From: Candidatus Saccharimonadia bacterium
GTDB lineage: Bacteria > Patescibacteriota > Saccharimonadia > UBA4664
Assembly: GCA_038244585.1 (NCBI GenBank)
Contig: JBBRTI010000002.1
Location: 258 to 64,257, forward strand
Direction of reading: 5' to 3'
Length of the DNA stretch: 64,000 nucleotides
Positions 39,208 to 49,004 of the stretch are shown here, piece after piece. The notes under the pieces are model-generated. The model was not told where the DNA came from. It made no database searches and saw nothing but the letters and a program-made list of their open reading frames with translations. The translations under genes and the position numbers were made by a program. Each line of letters starts with the position of its first letter. The stretch's first letter is position 1.

Positions 39208-39666
39208 ATGATTAAACGACTTCTTGCCACCCTCCTACTAGGGCTTGTACCAATGGGTGCCTTGGCTGATGACGCCGCGTCGACTCCGGTTTCGGAACAA
39301 GCGCAGGTTTCACCCGCGACGCAGCAGGGCGGGGGATCGGCCGCGTACCTTGGACCGCCTAGTAGTGTCTCGTCTGCGGCCGACGGCGGCGTTCTGCAGC
39401 CATACAGCAATAATCCTCTGCAGGCCGGTGGCAACGCGGCTTCAAACGGGTTGGTGTCGCCGGATAACAGTCAGCTTCAGGGCTCCGCGCCGTCCGGGGA
39501 CCTCAAAGTGGTGCTGGGCAACGAAGCCGACGGGGGAATCCACGCGCCAAACACAGCGCCAGTCGATAATTCGCCCCTCGACACTCTGGCTCTGTTAGCG
39601 GTAATCGGGTTCATTGGACTTATTTGGGTCCTTCGCCGCCGGGTGGCTCAGCGCTTTTCCTCCTAA
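39208..39666 (+). CDS. Secreted low-complexity protein with C-terminal TM anchor
   Basis: Signal peptide (ALA-DD), Ser/Gly/Ala-rich body, TM followed by RRR. Confidence 0.65.
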   Translation: MIKRLLATLLLGLVPMGALADDAASTPVSEQAQVSPATQQGGGSAAYLGPPSSVSSAADGGVLQPYSNNPLQAGGNAASNGLVSPDNSQLQGSAPSGDLKVVLGNEADGGIHAPNTAPVDNSPLDTLALLAVIGFIGLIWVLRRRVAQRFSS

Positions 39667-39702
39667 CTGGTATCGGGTCTATAAAACGGTTATGCTGTTG
39701 GC

Positions 39703-41379
39703 ATGAAAGCCCGGCTAAAATCGCCTTATCCCAGACCGCCTCAGTTTAACCGTGGGCGAAATTTTGAGTCGTCAACCCGCGTGTTGCGATGGATCTCACT
39801 GGGACTTGTAATCCTGACCTATCCGTTCGATCAGCAGTATAGCCTGGTTGTCTTCACCCTTCTCGTTTTGATGGCGGGTTTTAACTTGCTGACATATCTG
39901 CCGGCTTTCAATCGCAAGCGTGAGCAGGGCGTTTCAGGCCTCAACTCACTCGCAGTCGACCATATCTTTGTCTTAGCCCTGGCGATGCTCAGCGGCGGAC
40001 TTGCCAGCCCCTATTACCCGCTCTTCTTCATTCTTATTATTGGCGTCATTATTCTTTACGGTGTAGCCGGTCTGGCTTTCGCATTGGCATCACAGGTAAT
40101 TGTCAGTGTAATCCTGTTGGTGGTGCCAATCGAACCGCTCGCCCAGCCGGCTGCGGCCGACATCCAATTTATTATCAAGCTTATTTTTGTGGTGGTGTTT
40201 AGTATCATGGCGGCCCAATCAGTTCGTAGCCGCGACGAGGAGACTTTACTTGAAAGCCGCTTTACCAGCCGCCTTGATGAACAGCGTCAGCGGCTGCTCG
40301 CCCTTATCAACTCGCTGTCCAGCGCTGTTCTGGCGATTGACCGTAACGGCAAGATATACCAATATAATGCCGCGGCGCTCGAGCTGCTTAATACTAACCG
40401 CGACATTAACGGGATGGAAGTGTCGGGCCTGCTCAAACTTCACGATGAGAAATTTACCACTCTTGATTTGGACAAACTTATTAAAGACAGCAAAGGCGTA
40501 GTCAGCCGACAGGATTTGATATACGTGGCCGACGACGGATCCGAGATAAGCCTCGACCTGACTATCTCGCCAGTCCATTTGTCGGGTTTTATTGCCGATC
40601 ATGACGATGCAGGCGGCTCGATGATCGTCTTCAGCGACATTACCAAGCAGAAGTCTCTGGACGAGGAGCGCAATGAATTCATTTCGGTGACCTCACACGA
40701 GCTGCGCACGCCGCTGGCCATTGCCGAGGCCAACCTGTCGACGGCCATGCTGCCCGGTTACGCCAAAATCGAACCTAAAGCCATGAAGCTGCTGGAGCAA
40801 TCGCATCAGAATATAATGTTTCTCAGCCAGCTGATTCAGGATCTCTCAAGCTTGTCGCGGGCCGAACGGAACGATATTAAGGTTGAGCGGACTCTGGTCA
40901 ACGTATCCGAGATGGTCAATCAGCTGGCCACAGATTACAAGTCCTCGGCGGCCGAGAAAGGGCTCAAGCTTAAAGTGACGCTTGATCCTCAGGTCAAGAC
41001 TATCCACACCAGCGAGCACGAGGTGCACGAGGTCCTGCAGAACTTCCTAACTAATGCCATTAAATATACGCAGCACGGTTCGGTTACCTTAAGTCTGGAG
41101 CACCGCCCCGGAGCGGCTGTAGTCAGCGTCAAGGATACAGGGATCGGTATTTCGGCCTCGGATAAAACTAAGGTTTTCCAGAAATTTTACCGTTCCGAAG
41201 ATTACCGCACCCGCGAGACCGGCGGCACGGGTTTGGGACTGTATATTACCAAGAAATTGGTCGAGCGAGCCGGTTTAGGTATGGATTTTACCTCTCGGCT
41301 GAACTATGGTTCAACCTTCCGTCTGATCATCCCGTATCATCCGCAGGACGATGCGACCCGGGTAATTTCGGCCGTTTGA
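39703..41379 (+). CDS. Membrane PAS-domain sensor histidine kinase (orphan)
   Basis: SHELRTPL, NAIKYT, DTGIGI, GTGLGL. Confidence 0.95.
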   Translation: MKARLKSPYPRPPQFNRGRNFESSTRVLRWISLGLVILTYPFDQQYSLVVFTLLVLMAGFNLLTYLPAFNRKREQGVSGLNSLAVDHIFVLALAMLSGGLASPYYPLFFILIIGVIILYGVAGLAFALASQVIVSVILLVVPIEPLAQPAAADIQFIIKLIFVVVFSIMAAQSVRSRDEETLLESRFTSRLDEQRQRLLALINSLSSAVLAIDRNGKIYQYNAAALELLNTNRDINGMEVSGLLKLHDEKFTTLDLDKLIKDSKGVVSRQDLIYVADDGSEISLDLTISPVHLSGFIADHDDAGGSMIVFSDITKQKSLDEERNEFISVTSHELRTPLAIAEANLSTAMLPGYAKIEPKAMKLLEQSHQNIMFLSQLIQDLSSLSRAERNDIKVERTLVNVSEMVNQLATDYKSSAAEKGLKLKVTLDPQVKTIHTSEHEVHEVLQNFLTNAIKYTQHGSVTLSLEHRPGAAVVSVKDTGIGISASDKTKVFQKFYRSEDYRTRETGGTGLGLYITKKLVERAGLGMDFTSRLNYGSTFRLIIPYHPQDDATRVISAV

Positions 41380-41428
41380 CTATAAAATAACCGTAAGCAC
41401 ATTGGAATTTAGACCGAACAATGCTTAA

Positions 41429-42904
41429 ATGAAGCTAATGGTTTGCCAAAATTGCCACTCACATGATGTCATCAAGGTTCAGGATCAGTTCTTCTGTGTG
41501 AACTGCGGCAACCTTGTTGCGCTGCCACAGCCCAAAGCTAAGGAGCCTATCCCGGTCGTAGTCCCCGAAGTCGAGGGTCTGCCTGAGGGCGTGACAATTC
41601 TGCCGATGGGGGATATGGTCGCTGCCGTCGTGGCCGGAAAGCCGGTTAAACGCAAGCGCCCAGGTCGTCCTAAAGCTACACGACTGGACCAGCCGGTGGC
41701 CTCGGGCGGTATGCGCGACATATCCGCCGGATTAGAGCCGTTATTATCACCAGACAGCCCCGAAGCGGAGCCGACGTCTGAAATGGCTAAGGTTGGTGCT
41801 GTTTCCGTGCCGCAAGCCGTAGCCCCAACACCGTCGGTTTCGGGGCCGCACGGTTCACGCCGCCTTAACGACATTGCGCCGACCCGACACAAAGCACCCG
41901 CACCGAAGATTGAACAGCCTGCAAATAAAGAACATCAGCCCCAAGGCATGGTCTTTGGAGACCTGATTTCGTCCAGCCTGCGCGGCAGGTTTAACCCTAC
42001 CCATTTTTGTCTGGCGCTGCTGCCGGCTATCCTGTTGGCGTTTGTCGGCGGTTTCGTCGTGCTGGCTTTGGCCGGCGACTACGCCAACGTGGGTCGCTTG
42101 GTGCCGCAGCGGTTGTTTCTGCCGGTGGGAGGAGAATTACTGATTATTTCGGCCCTGTACTACGTCAGCCGCAGCTTCATGCATGGGGCCATCGTCTACG
42201 GAGCCGCTCGTCGAGCCGATCATCGCCCGGCATCCGTCGCTCGGTGGATAGACATGTCGGCCCGTAGCTTCGGCTCACGCCTGCGTCTTGACGTTTTGAA
42301 TGGGCTGGCTCAGATGGCAGTTTTGGCGCTAGTCGGTTCGCTCGTGGTAACCGGCGGTATTCTCTGGCCCGTCCCGGCCTGGCTTCAATTGGGGCTCCTG
42401 TTCGTGGCCTTTTTCGCCCTGATGTATTTGCTGGCCGGGCTCATGCTGGCCCAAGGTCTCGGTCATGTCGCAGTAACCCTGAGTACTATGAGCGCCCGTC
42501 AGGCGTTTGGCTTGGGTTGGCTGTTTTTCCGTCATCATTTCGAACTTATCGGTCTTAAACTGCTGACTTTCGCCGTTGAGTTAATACTACTGGTCCCGGT
42601 CGCGGCAGCCGTAGCCGCCCTGATTGTTTTGGTGCCCGGCAATCAAACCTGGCTGGTGGTAACAGGTTTGATTATTGGCGTCACCATTGCCGGCGCCTCC
42701 ACTGGTGCGGCCTCGGCTTTGTGGTGGCAGGAGACCTATCGCAGGCTAGTTCACACCGACAGGCTAACCGAGGCCGTTACGCTGCTCACGGGGCGCAAGC
42801 TCACGTCCTCCACAGGGCGAACCGCCAATTGGATTGCAATTATAATGTTGAGCCTTGCCGCTCTGGCCGCGGTTTGGCCGTGGTTGCCTCTGCCGACGCT
42901 GTAA
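41429..42904 (+). CDS. Zn-ribbon + AT-hook-like + polytopic membrane protein
   Basis: CQNC..CVNC, KRPGRPK, ~8 TMs. Confidence 0.7.
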   Translation: MKLMVCQNCHSHDVIKVQDQFFCVNCGNLVALPQPKAKEPIPVVVPEVEGLPEGVTILPMGDMVAAVVAGKPVKRKRPGRPKATRLDQPVASGGMRDISAGLEPLLSPDSPEAEPTSEMAKVGAVSVPQAVAPTPSVSGPHGSRRLNDIAPTRHKAPAPKIEQPANKEHQPQGMVFGDLISSSLRGRFNPTHFCLALLPAILLAFVGGFVVLALAGDYANVGRLVPQRLFLPVGGELLIISALYYVSRSFMHGAIVYGAARRADHRPASVARWIDMSARSFGSRLRLDVLNGLAQMAVLALVGSLVVTGGILWPVPAWLQLGLLFVAFFALMYLLAGLMLAQGLGHVAVTLSTMSARQAFGLGWLFFRHHFELIGLKLLTFAVELILLVPVAAAVAALIVLVPGNQTWLVVTGLIIGVTIAGASTGAASALWWQETYRRLVHTDRLTEAVTLLTGRKLTSSTGRTANWIAIIMLSLAALAAVWPWLPLPTL

Positions 42905-43016
42905 CTCGCACGTCTATTTGACTTTTTCAGTAAAATGAGCGATATTTAATGGCAAAGCCCCGGGGCTTTATTAATTTTACGCGCCGGCTTTTGTCTCAAG
43001 AGGAACCACTACCAGA

Positions 43017-43205
43017 ATGAAACCGTTAATAAACTATCTGCAGGCTTCACAATCGGAACTCGCCAAGGTGTCATGGCCCAATCGGTCTCAGACCATCCGT
43101 CTGACCGGACTTGTCATTCTCTTCTCACTGGCGTTCGCGGCTGTGCTTGGTGGTATCGACTTCATTTTTGCGACGATACTCCAAAAAGTAATTTTAAAAG
43201 GGTAA
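43017..43205 (+). CDS. secE: Preprotein translocase SecE
   Basis: ELAKVSWP + TM; upstream of nusG. Confidence 0.93.
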   Translation: MKPLINYLQASQSELAKVSWPNRSQTIRLTGLVILFSLAFAAVLGGIDFIFATILQKVILKG

Positions 43206-43208
43206 ATT

Positions 43209-43748
43209 ATGGCCGATCAGACCAAGACCAACCACTGGTACGTAATCCACACCTATTCCGGGTATGAAGACCGCGTTGCCGAGAATCTGCGCCAGCGCAT
43301 CGAGACCATGAATATGGCCGATAAGATTTTTGATGTCATCGTTCCGAAAGAGAACCAGATTGAAATCAAGAACGGCCGCCGCCGCATCGTCGAGCGCCGT
43401 ATCTTCCCGGGCTACGTCCTGGTTCAAATGGATGTCACTGAGGATTCCTGGTACGTCGTCCGTAACACCCCTAACGTCACTGGTTTCGTCGGGTCCGGTA
43501 CCACTCCGACTCCGATCAGACAAGATGAGGTTCGCCACATCCAGAAGCGCATGGGCGTTGAGGAGCCAAAGTTCAAAATCGACTTCCAGACCGGCGAGAG
43601 CATCAATATCATCGACGGACCGTTCAAAGGTTTTGACGGTATGGTCCATGAGATCGACGAGAATAAAGGCAAGATCAAGGTCCTGGTCAATATGTTCGGC
43701 CGCGAAACACCGGTCGAGCTGGACAGCCTACAAGTCAAGAAAATCTAA
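43209..43748 (+). CDS. nusG: Transcription termination/antitermination factor NusG
   Basis: WYVIHTYSGYE, FPGYVLV, GPF.GF.G, FGRETPVEL. Confidence 0.98.
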   Translation: MADQTKTNHWYVIHTYSGYEDRVAENLRQRIETMNMADKIFDVIVPKENQIEIKNGRRRIVERRIFPGYVLVQMDVTEDSWYVVRNTPNVTGFVGSGTTPTPIRQDEVRHIQKRMGVEEPKFKIDFQTGESINIIDGPFKGFDGMVHEIDENKGKIKVLVNMFGRETPVELDSLQVKKI

Positions 43749-43763
43749 CGAATTAATAACATG

Positions 43764-43799
43764 TGTGGGAGGCCGAAAGGCCGCTGGCACCACAAGGAG
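43764..43799 (+). promoter_or_regulatory. L1-binding autoregulatory mRNA element before rplK
   Basis: gtgggag-gccgaaaggc-cgctggc-accac-aaggag. Confidence 0.65.
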
Positions 43800-43805
43800 T
43801 AAATT

Positions 43806-44237
43806 ATGGCACAAGTAAAACCAGTCAAGGGTGTAATCAAGTTCCGCGTTGCCGCGGGCAAGGCTACCCCGGCACCGCCAGTGGGTTCGACCCTGGGTGC
43901 GAACGGCGTCAATATGATGGATTTCATCAACACCTTCAACGATGCTACCCGTGAGTTGGGCGACCAGCTGCTAAGCGTCAAAGTAACTATTTTCGAAGAC
44001 CGCACTTTTACCTTTACCTACAAGGGCGAAACCGGTGCCAGCCTTATCCGTAAGGCCGCCGGTATCGATAAAGGCTCCGGTGTCCCGAACAAGACCAAAG
44101 TCGGCACGCTGACTAAGGTTCAGGTTCGTGAACTTGCCGAGCTCAAGATGAAGGACATGAACGCCAACACCATTGAAGCCGCTGAGAAGATCATTGCCGG
44201 ACAGGCCCGTTCAATGGGCATCGAAGTCGCCGAGTAA
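43806..44237 (+). CDS. rplK: 50S ribosomal protein L11
   Basis: AGKATPAPPVG, KMKDMNA, ARSMGI. Confidence 0.98.
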   Translation: MAQVKPVKGVIKFRVAAGKATPAPPVGSTLGANGVNMMDFINTFNDATRELGDQLLSVKVTIFEDRTFTFTYKGETGASLIRKAAGIDKGSGVPNKTKVGTLTKVQVRELAELKMKDMNANTIEAAEKIIAGQARSMGIEVAE

Positions 44238-44266
44238 CTTACTCGTCCGCATCTGCATAAATAACC

Positions 44267-44299
44267 GTGGGAGCCGTAAGGCGCTAGCACCACAAGGAG
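44267..44299 (+). promoter_or_regulatory. Second L1-binding-like element before rplA
   Basis: gtgggag-ccgtaagg-cgctagc-accac-aaggag. Confidence 0.65.
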
Positions 44300-44305
44300 A
44301 ATGAA

Positions 44306-45325
44306 ATGGCCCAAGCTAAGAAATCCAAAAAAGAAGTAGCCGCCGTCGATGAGACCCAGGCTGAAGTAGAAGAGGTCCGCGAGGATTCTTCGGAAGTAAC
44401 TCTGCCGGACGAGTCCGCGCGTGATGAGCGCGAGCCGGATATCGAGCCGATCGACGCTGACGACGCCGACTTAAAAACCACTAAGTCCGGAAAGCGCAGC
44501 GCCAAGGCTTTGCGTGAAGCTGCCGAGGAAGAGGCCCGCCTAGCCGCCAAGGAAGAGCGTACCGAGGCTCCTGAAGAGCCCAAGGCACCAAAGCGCCAGA
44601 CGGCCAATCCGCTGCACATGCACGGCAAGAAGTATCGCGCTGCTCTCGAGCAGGTCGATCGCACCAAGCTTTACGGCTTCGAAGAGGCCCTAGCTCTGGC
44701 CGTTAAAACTGCCACGACCAAGTTTGACAGTTCGGTTGAACTGCACATCAACTTAGGTGTCGACCCGCGCCAAGCCGACCAGATGGTTCGTGGAACCGTC
44801 GTCCTGCCACACGGCACCGGTAAGACCATCCGTATAGCCGTCTTCGCCGAAGGGGCGCAGGCTGAAGCCGCTACTGCCGCCGGCGCCGACCTCGTCGGCA
44901 CCGACAAACTGTTGGCCGACATTGAGAAGGGCAAACTGGAATTCGACATGCTAATCGCCACCCCCGACAAGATGGCCACGCTCGGACGTGTTGCTAAGGT
45001 CCTGGGACCGCGCGGCCTCATGCCGAACCCCAAGAGCGGTACCGTCACGCCGGACGTCGCCAAGGCCGTCACCGACGCCAAGCGCGGTAAGGTTGAGTTC
45101 CGTATCGACAAGCAGGCCATCATCCACCAGGCCGTCGGTAAGGTCTCGTTCAGCCAGGCCAACCTAGAGGAAAACGCCAAGACTCTTCTCTCGGCAGTCC
45201 TCAAGGCCAAGCCCAGCTCCACCAAGGGAACCTACATCAAGGCCATTGCTGTAACTACGTCCATGGGCCCTGGAATCAAGGTGGACGCTCCGGCTACCAC
45301 CGCCGCTATCTCCGGCAAGAAATAG
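44306..45325 (+). CDS. rplA: 50S ribosomal protein L1 with ~105-aa charged N-terminal extension
   Basis: [30 protein letters not shown]. Confidence 0.97.
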   Translation: MAQAKKSKKEVAAVDETQAEVEEVREDSSEVTLPDESARDEREPDIEPIDADDADLKTTKSGKRSAKALREAAEEEARLAAKEERTEAPEEPKAPKRQTANPLHMHGKKYRAALEQVDRTKLYGFEEALALAVKTATTKFDSSVELHINLGVDPRQADQMVRGTVVLPHGTGKTIRIAVFAEGAQAEAATAAGADLVGTDKLLADIEKGKLEFDMLIATPDKMATLGRVAKVLGPRGLMPNPKSGTVTPDVAKAVTDAKRGKVEFRIDKQAIIHQAVGKVSFSQANLEENAKTLLSAVLKAKPSSTKGTYIKAIAVTTSMGPGIKVDAPATTAAISGKK

Positions 45326-45337
45326 ACCATAGTCTAA

Positions 45338-45368
45338 AAAGACCGGCCGCTGTCAGCGGCCGGTCTTT
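45338..45368 (+). terminator. Intrinsic terminator after rplA
   Basis: aaagaccggccgctg-t-cagcggccggtcttt. Confidence 0.85.
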
Positions 45369-45431
45369 GCGTATTACCAGATATCATGATACTAATGGTA
45401 TACGATTTTTCCTGCGTTCTAAGGGGCTACC

Positions 45432-45839
45432 TTGGCCACACTCAAGGGCTATATCGCCTGTCAAATACAAATTCCGGCCGGCCCACCAGAATCATCGGGT
45501 ATAGATCAACAAATCATTTCCGTGAAGTTGGACTGTGGCGACCCTGTCGATCCATTCAGGGTGCACGCGTTCAGCCTCACGTTCGACAAAGCTCGGTTAA
45601 GGTCGAGCAGATCGTGGGACCGCCCAGGTGATCTCAGCCCACGACGCACAGGTATAGGATATGTGGCGGTGACGATTAGGCAGCGCCTGAGTGGCGGCAG
45701 GTATATTGTTGAGCTGCCGACAACCCATCGACCGACCCGGATTGTCGTTCCGGCCCCGTGTATCATCCGGGACGCAGCTACGCGCGATGCCCGTCTGGCT
45801 CATGCTTACGCCAACCAGCGCCTTGGCAGCTCAATCTAG
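45432..45839 (+). CDS. Hypothetical protein
   Basis: AAGGGG RBS and TTG start; fills the gap; no recognisable motif. Confidence 0.35.
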   Translation: MATLKGYIACQIQIPAGPPESSGIDQQIISVKLDCGDPVDPFRVHAFSLTFDKARLRSSRSWDRPGDLSPRRTGIGYVAVTIRQRLSGGRYIVELPTTHRPTRIVVPAPCIIRDAATRDARLAHAYANQRLGSSI

Positions 45840-45927
45840 CCCGCAGCCGGATCATCTGATCCGGCTTTTTCCTTGGCCGTGGTATCATCGGACGCAAGGT
45901 GAGTGTTCTTCGACAGATTGGAAAGTC

Positions 45928-46530
45928 ATGACCGTCAACCAAGGTATCTTCGGAGATAAATCAAATTTTGATGATCGTTTCGTTCCCGATTACGGCCGCC
46001 TGGCCGAAATGAGTATGGCACTCAAAGGCCTCGGCGCCAGTGTGGTCCTAACTTCAGGCTCGTTCGACCTGGTTCATGAGGGTCATGCATTGTACTTGGA
46101 AGCAGCCAAAAGTTTTGGCAGTCTGCTGATAGTCGGTGTTGATAGTGACATCAAGATTCGGGAGCGTAAGGGACCTGACCGACCGATTGTACCCGAAATG
46201 GAGCGGCTGAGAATGCTGACCCATTTCCGGCCAGTCGATATCGTGACGCTAAAGCCACCGGGCGATACAAAATGGGAGCTCATCAAAGTAATTAGGCCTG
46301 ACGTACTGATTGCGACCGTCGAGACCTACAGCGATGACGACATCGCCGAGCTTGAGGGCAACTATTGCGGCAGAGTTCAAGTAATGGAGCGGATGGCAAC
46401 GACCACCACTTCTGCCCGTCTTCGTGAGCTCAATATGTCGCTGGCCGAGCGTTTCACTTTGGCTGTCAACCAGGCTCTGCCAGGTATCGTGTCAAACGTA
46501 CTCGAGCCAAAGGGGCAAACAAATGTCTAA
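45928..46530 (+). CDS. HIGH-type adenylyl/cytidylyltransferase (RfaE domain II/TagD-like)
   Basis: TSGSFDLVHEGH, LIVGVDSD, KG.DRP...ER, TTTSAR. Confidence 0.9.
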   Translation: MTVNQGIFGDKSNFDDRFVPDYGRLAEMSMALKGLGASVVLTSGSFDLVHEGHALYLEAAKSFGSLLIVGVDSDIKIRERKGPDRPIVPEMERLRMLTHFRPVDIVTLKPPGDTKWELIKVIRPDVLIATVETYSDDDIAELEGNYCGRVQVMERMATTTTSARLRELNMSLAERFTLAVNQALPGIVSNVLEPKGQTNV

Positions 46531-47362
46531 ACAGCTGTTGCTTTATGCACCTGTAGTGCATCGAGGCATCGAGGAATTCGTTGGCCGTCATCGTGATGCG
46601 GTGGAGGTTGAAATCATAGGCCTCAGTTTTCAGGCAGATTACCCGTGGATGAAGAAGGACGTACGTGCCGTCGATCCCCACGCGATCCTGGTAGATTTGG
46701 CCTCACGATTCAGGACGGTCAATTTCCGCATCGTCGAAACGAGCGTGCTGACGGCTCGAATCTTTGCCGATGTCTTGGTATTGCCCGACGATGACTTGAG
46801 TCGCAGTCTCGTGGAGAACTACAGGCTTGACCTGCCCGGACGGCGGGTTATATTTGAATCGGCCTGGCTGCGGTGGGACCGGACAGCTGCCTTGGCAGCT
46901 GAAACCGTCTCGCCAGACGAGGTGGTTTCATCCGACCAGTTTGATCAAGAAACTATGCATGCGGCCATTGAACTCAGCACCCGGAGCTCCGATTGGTGGC
47001 GCCAGGTGGGGGCGATTGTCGTTCGCGGTCAAACCGTACTCTCCACGGCCAACAACCGGCATATCCCTACTGAATACACACCCTACATCGATGGTGATCC
47101 CCGTGGAATGTTTCATAGGGGGGAGCATCTGGAGCTGACAACGGCAATCCATGCGGAGGCGGCGTGTATCGCCTGGTGCGCCCGACATGGCCTGGCGACC
47201 CTGGAAGCGGCAATATATGTCACTACTTTCCCGTGCCCGGTGTGTGCTAGGTTGATTGCCGCCAGCGGAATCAGTAGCTGTTATTACCGGTCAGGCTACG
47301 CAGTGCTTGACGGAGTGAAAGTGCTCCGCGACGCTGGCGTATCCTTAATTCGAGTCCAATGA
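46523..47362 (+). CDS. dCMP-deaminase-family protein with extra N-terminal domain
   Basis: RQVGA, IHAE, TFPCPVC. Confidence 0.9.
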   Translation: MSKQLLLYAPVVHRGIEEFVGRHRDAVEVEIIGLSFQADYPWMKKDVRAVDPHAILVDLASRFRTVNFRIVETSVLTARIFADVLVLPDDDLSRSLVENYRLDLPGRRVIFESAWLRWDRTAALAAETVSPDEVVSSDQFDQETMHAAIELSTRSSDWWRQVGAIVVRGQTVLSTANNRHIPTEYTPYIDGDPRGMFHRGEHLELTTAIHAEAACIAWCARHGLATLEAAIYVTTFPCPVCARLIAASGISSCYYRSGYAVLDGVKVLRDAGVSLIRVQ

Positions 47363-47378
47363 AATACCCCCCGACTGC

Positions 47379-47837
47379 TCAGGCTGTCGGGGGGCTTATA
47401 ATTGGCTTCGAGCTCAGTCGCATTCGAATCGGTGTGGTATCGGCGACGTCTGGATCGCCTTCGGCCAGATGGAAATGTAGATGGCGGATGGTGCCGCCCG
47501 TGAGTGCCGGATCGCCGTTGCGTGCGGCAAAACCATACCCGCTGGGGTGGTAGGTGGAGCGATGCCAGGCCAGAACCGCAGCCAAATCGGCGAGTTCCGA
47601 CCCTGTGAGCGATGCCATGTCGTCGACGTGACGCTTAGGAGAGGCTACAACATGACTCTTGGTACCCCGATAGGGGTAATCGTTGGTGGCCACGATCCAA
47701 TCCTTGGTTTCCAACAGAACGGAACGCCCCGCAAGGCCTTCGGCGCAGAAAAAACATATCTCACTAGCCTCAAGCTCCCGCATTCGCTCGCGCTGAGAAT
47801 CATGTCGGGCGTTACCTAGGTAATACAGATTTGTCAT
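47379..47837 (-). CDS. HIT-family nucleotide hydrolase
   Basis: CFFC, N.YPY, HLHFH. Confidence 0.88.
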   Translation of the reverse strand: MTNLYYLGNARHDSQRERMRELEASEICFFCAEGLAGRSVLLETKDWIVATNDYPYRGTKSHVVASPKRHVDDMASLTGSELADLAAVLAWHRSTYHPSGYGFAARNGDPALTGGTIRHLHFHLAEGDPDVADTTPIRMRLSSKPIISPPTA

Positions 47838-47852
47838 TACCAGTCCTTCTTG

Positions 47853-48749
47853 TCATGGGGCAACCGGAATGCGGCCGATGGCAGGATGCGGGTGATAGTC
47901 ACTCAGCTCAAAGTGCTCGGCGCGGAACTCGTGGATATCCGTCACCCTCAGGCCCGCTTCATTGAGATGGACCGTCGGCAGGCGGAATGACTCACGCGCC
48001 AGCAAAATCTCAACTGCGCGAAGCTGGTCTTCGTAGAGATGGGCGTTGTTGATGGTGTGGTAGTACACAGCGGCCGGAAAGCCAGTCAGGTGCTCCAGCA
48101 TGAGCATGAGCGCTGCATACTGGATCATGTTGGATGGAACGCCCACCGGCACGTCGCCGGAACGCTGTGTCATGACCAGGTGCAGCTCATTGTCGATTAT
48201 CTGTACCTGGACCCAGCCGTGACAGGGAGAGATGGTGGTTTTAGGAGTTTTCCCCGTGCCGCGTGCGTTCTCATCCGGAATCCAAGGACTGACGAAGTGG
48301 GTCCGGTCATTCGGAAACTCGCGGATTTGTTCAACGAGATGCTTGAACTGGTCAAAGGTGCCACCGTCGCGGGTAGGGAAGTCATGGAAGGCGCCGCCGT
48401 ACGAACCCGGCCCAATAGTTCCGGGAGCCAGGCCGCGTTTGGCGGTTTTTGCCAGTGTCGCCCAAGGGCCCCACCAGTTCACGCCGAATTCCTCGAACTC
48501 ATCGAGTGTCGTTGCGCCATTGATGAAGGCGCAGAGCTCGCCGATGCCTTTGCTCCAAAAGCTGGCAATGTTCCGGTCGGGTATAACAGGAAAGCCGTTG
48601 TGTAAGTTAAAGCTCATCGTCTGTTGCATCAAGGTCAGGGCACGAGGCCCTTGGCGGGTCGGGACGTACTCTCCGTCGTCGACAATTCGCTGCAGTAGGT
48701 CTCGGTACTGGCTGTCAGGCGCGCGTTGATCAAAATCTTTGTAGTGCAT
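47853..48749 (-). CDS. thyA: Divergent thymidylate synthase
   Basis: GFP, GEL..F, DQF, SPCH, QRSGD...GVPSN..QY, AHLY; GAGGT RBS before ATG 48749. Confidence 0.85.
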   Translation of the reverse strand: MHYKDFDQRAPDSQYRDLLQRIVDDGEYVPTRQGPRALTLMQQTMSFNLHNGFPVIPDRNIASFWSKGIGELCAFINGATTLDEFEEFGVNWWGPWATLAKTAKRGLAPGTIGPGSYGGAFHDFPTRDGGTFDQFKHLVEQIREFPNDRTHFVSPWIPDENARGTGKTPKTTISPCHGWVQVQIIDNELHLVMTQRSGDVPVGVPSNMIQYAALMLMLEHLTGFPAAVYYHTINNAHLYEDQLRAVEILLARESFRLPTVHLNEAGLRVTDIHEFRAEHFELSDYHPHPAIGRIPVAP

Positions 48750-48809
48750 TTTTACCTCGCACATTGGAAAGGTTCGAGCAGATGCTAGAGCGCCCACTTT
48801 ACCATCTCA

Positions 48810-48838
48810 TTGACGCCAGAGTCAAAATATCGTATATT
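48810..48838 (+). promoter_or_regulatory. Sigma70-like promoter of rplJL
   Basis: TTGACG-17-TATATT. Confidence 0.6.
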
Positions 48839-48849
48839 ACCTAAGTTCA

Positions 48850-48990
48850 CCTAAGACCGTAGCTGCCCCGGGCTTAATCCGCTACGCATGGCGTAAATCT
48901 CATTGTCAAGGTCGTCAAGTATTGACACCCTTGACACGCGGTTATGCTGTTGTCTCTGGCTTGAACACCAGAGTTTTTTAATGTTTAGAG
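48850..48990 (+). promoter_or_regulatory. Ribosomal protein L10 leader
   Basis: cctaagaccgtag...ttaa...ctacgca directly upstream of rplJ; 3' boundary approximate. Confidence 0.6.
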
Positions 48991-49004
48991 AAAGGTAATG
49001 ACAC

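Noticed and set aside
42905-43016. tRNA-Trp or rpmG, often found upstream of secE
   Set aside because: The gap is ~110 nt with only a short hairpin and no tRNA motifs or ORF.
46523-47362. AvcD/dCTP-deaminase anti-phage system
   Set aside because: No P-loop kinase Walker A in the N-terminal domain, so it does not match that architecture.
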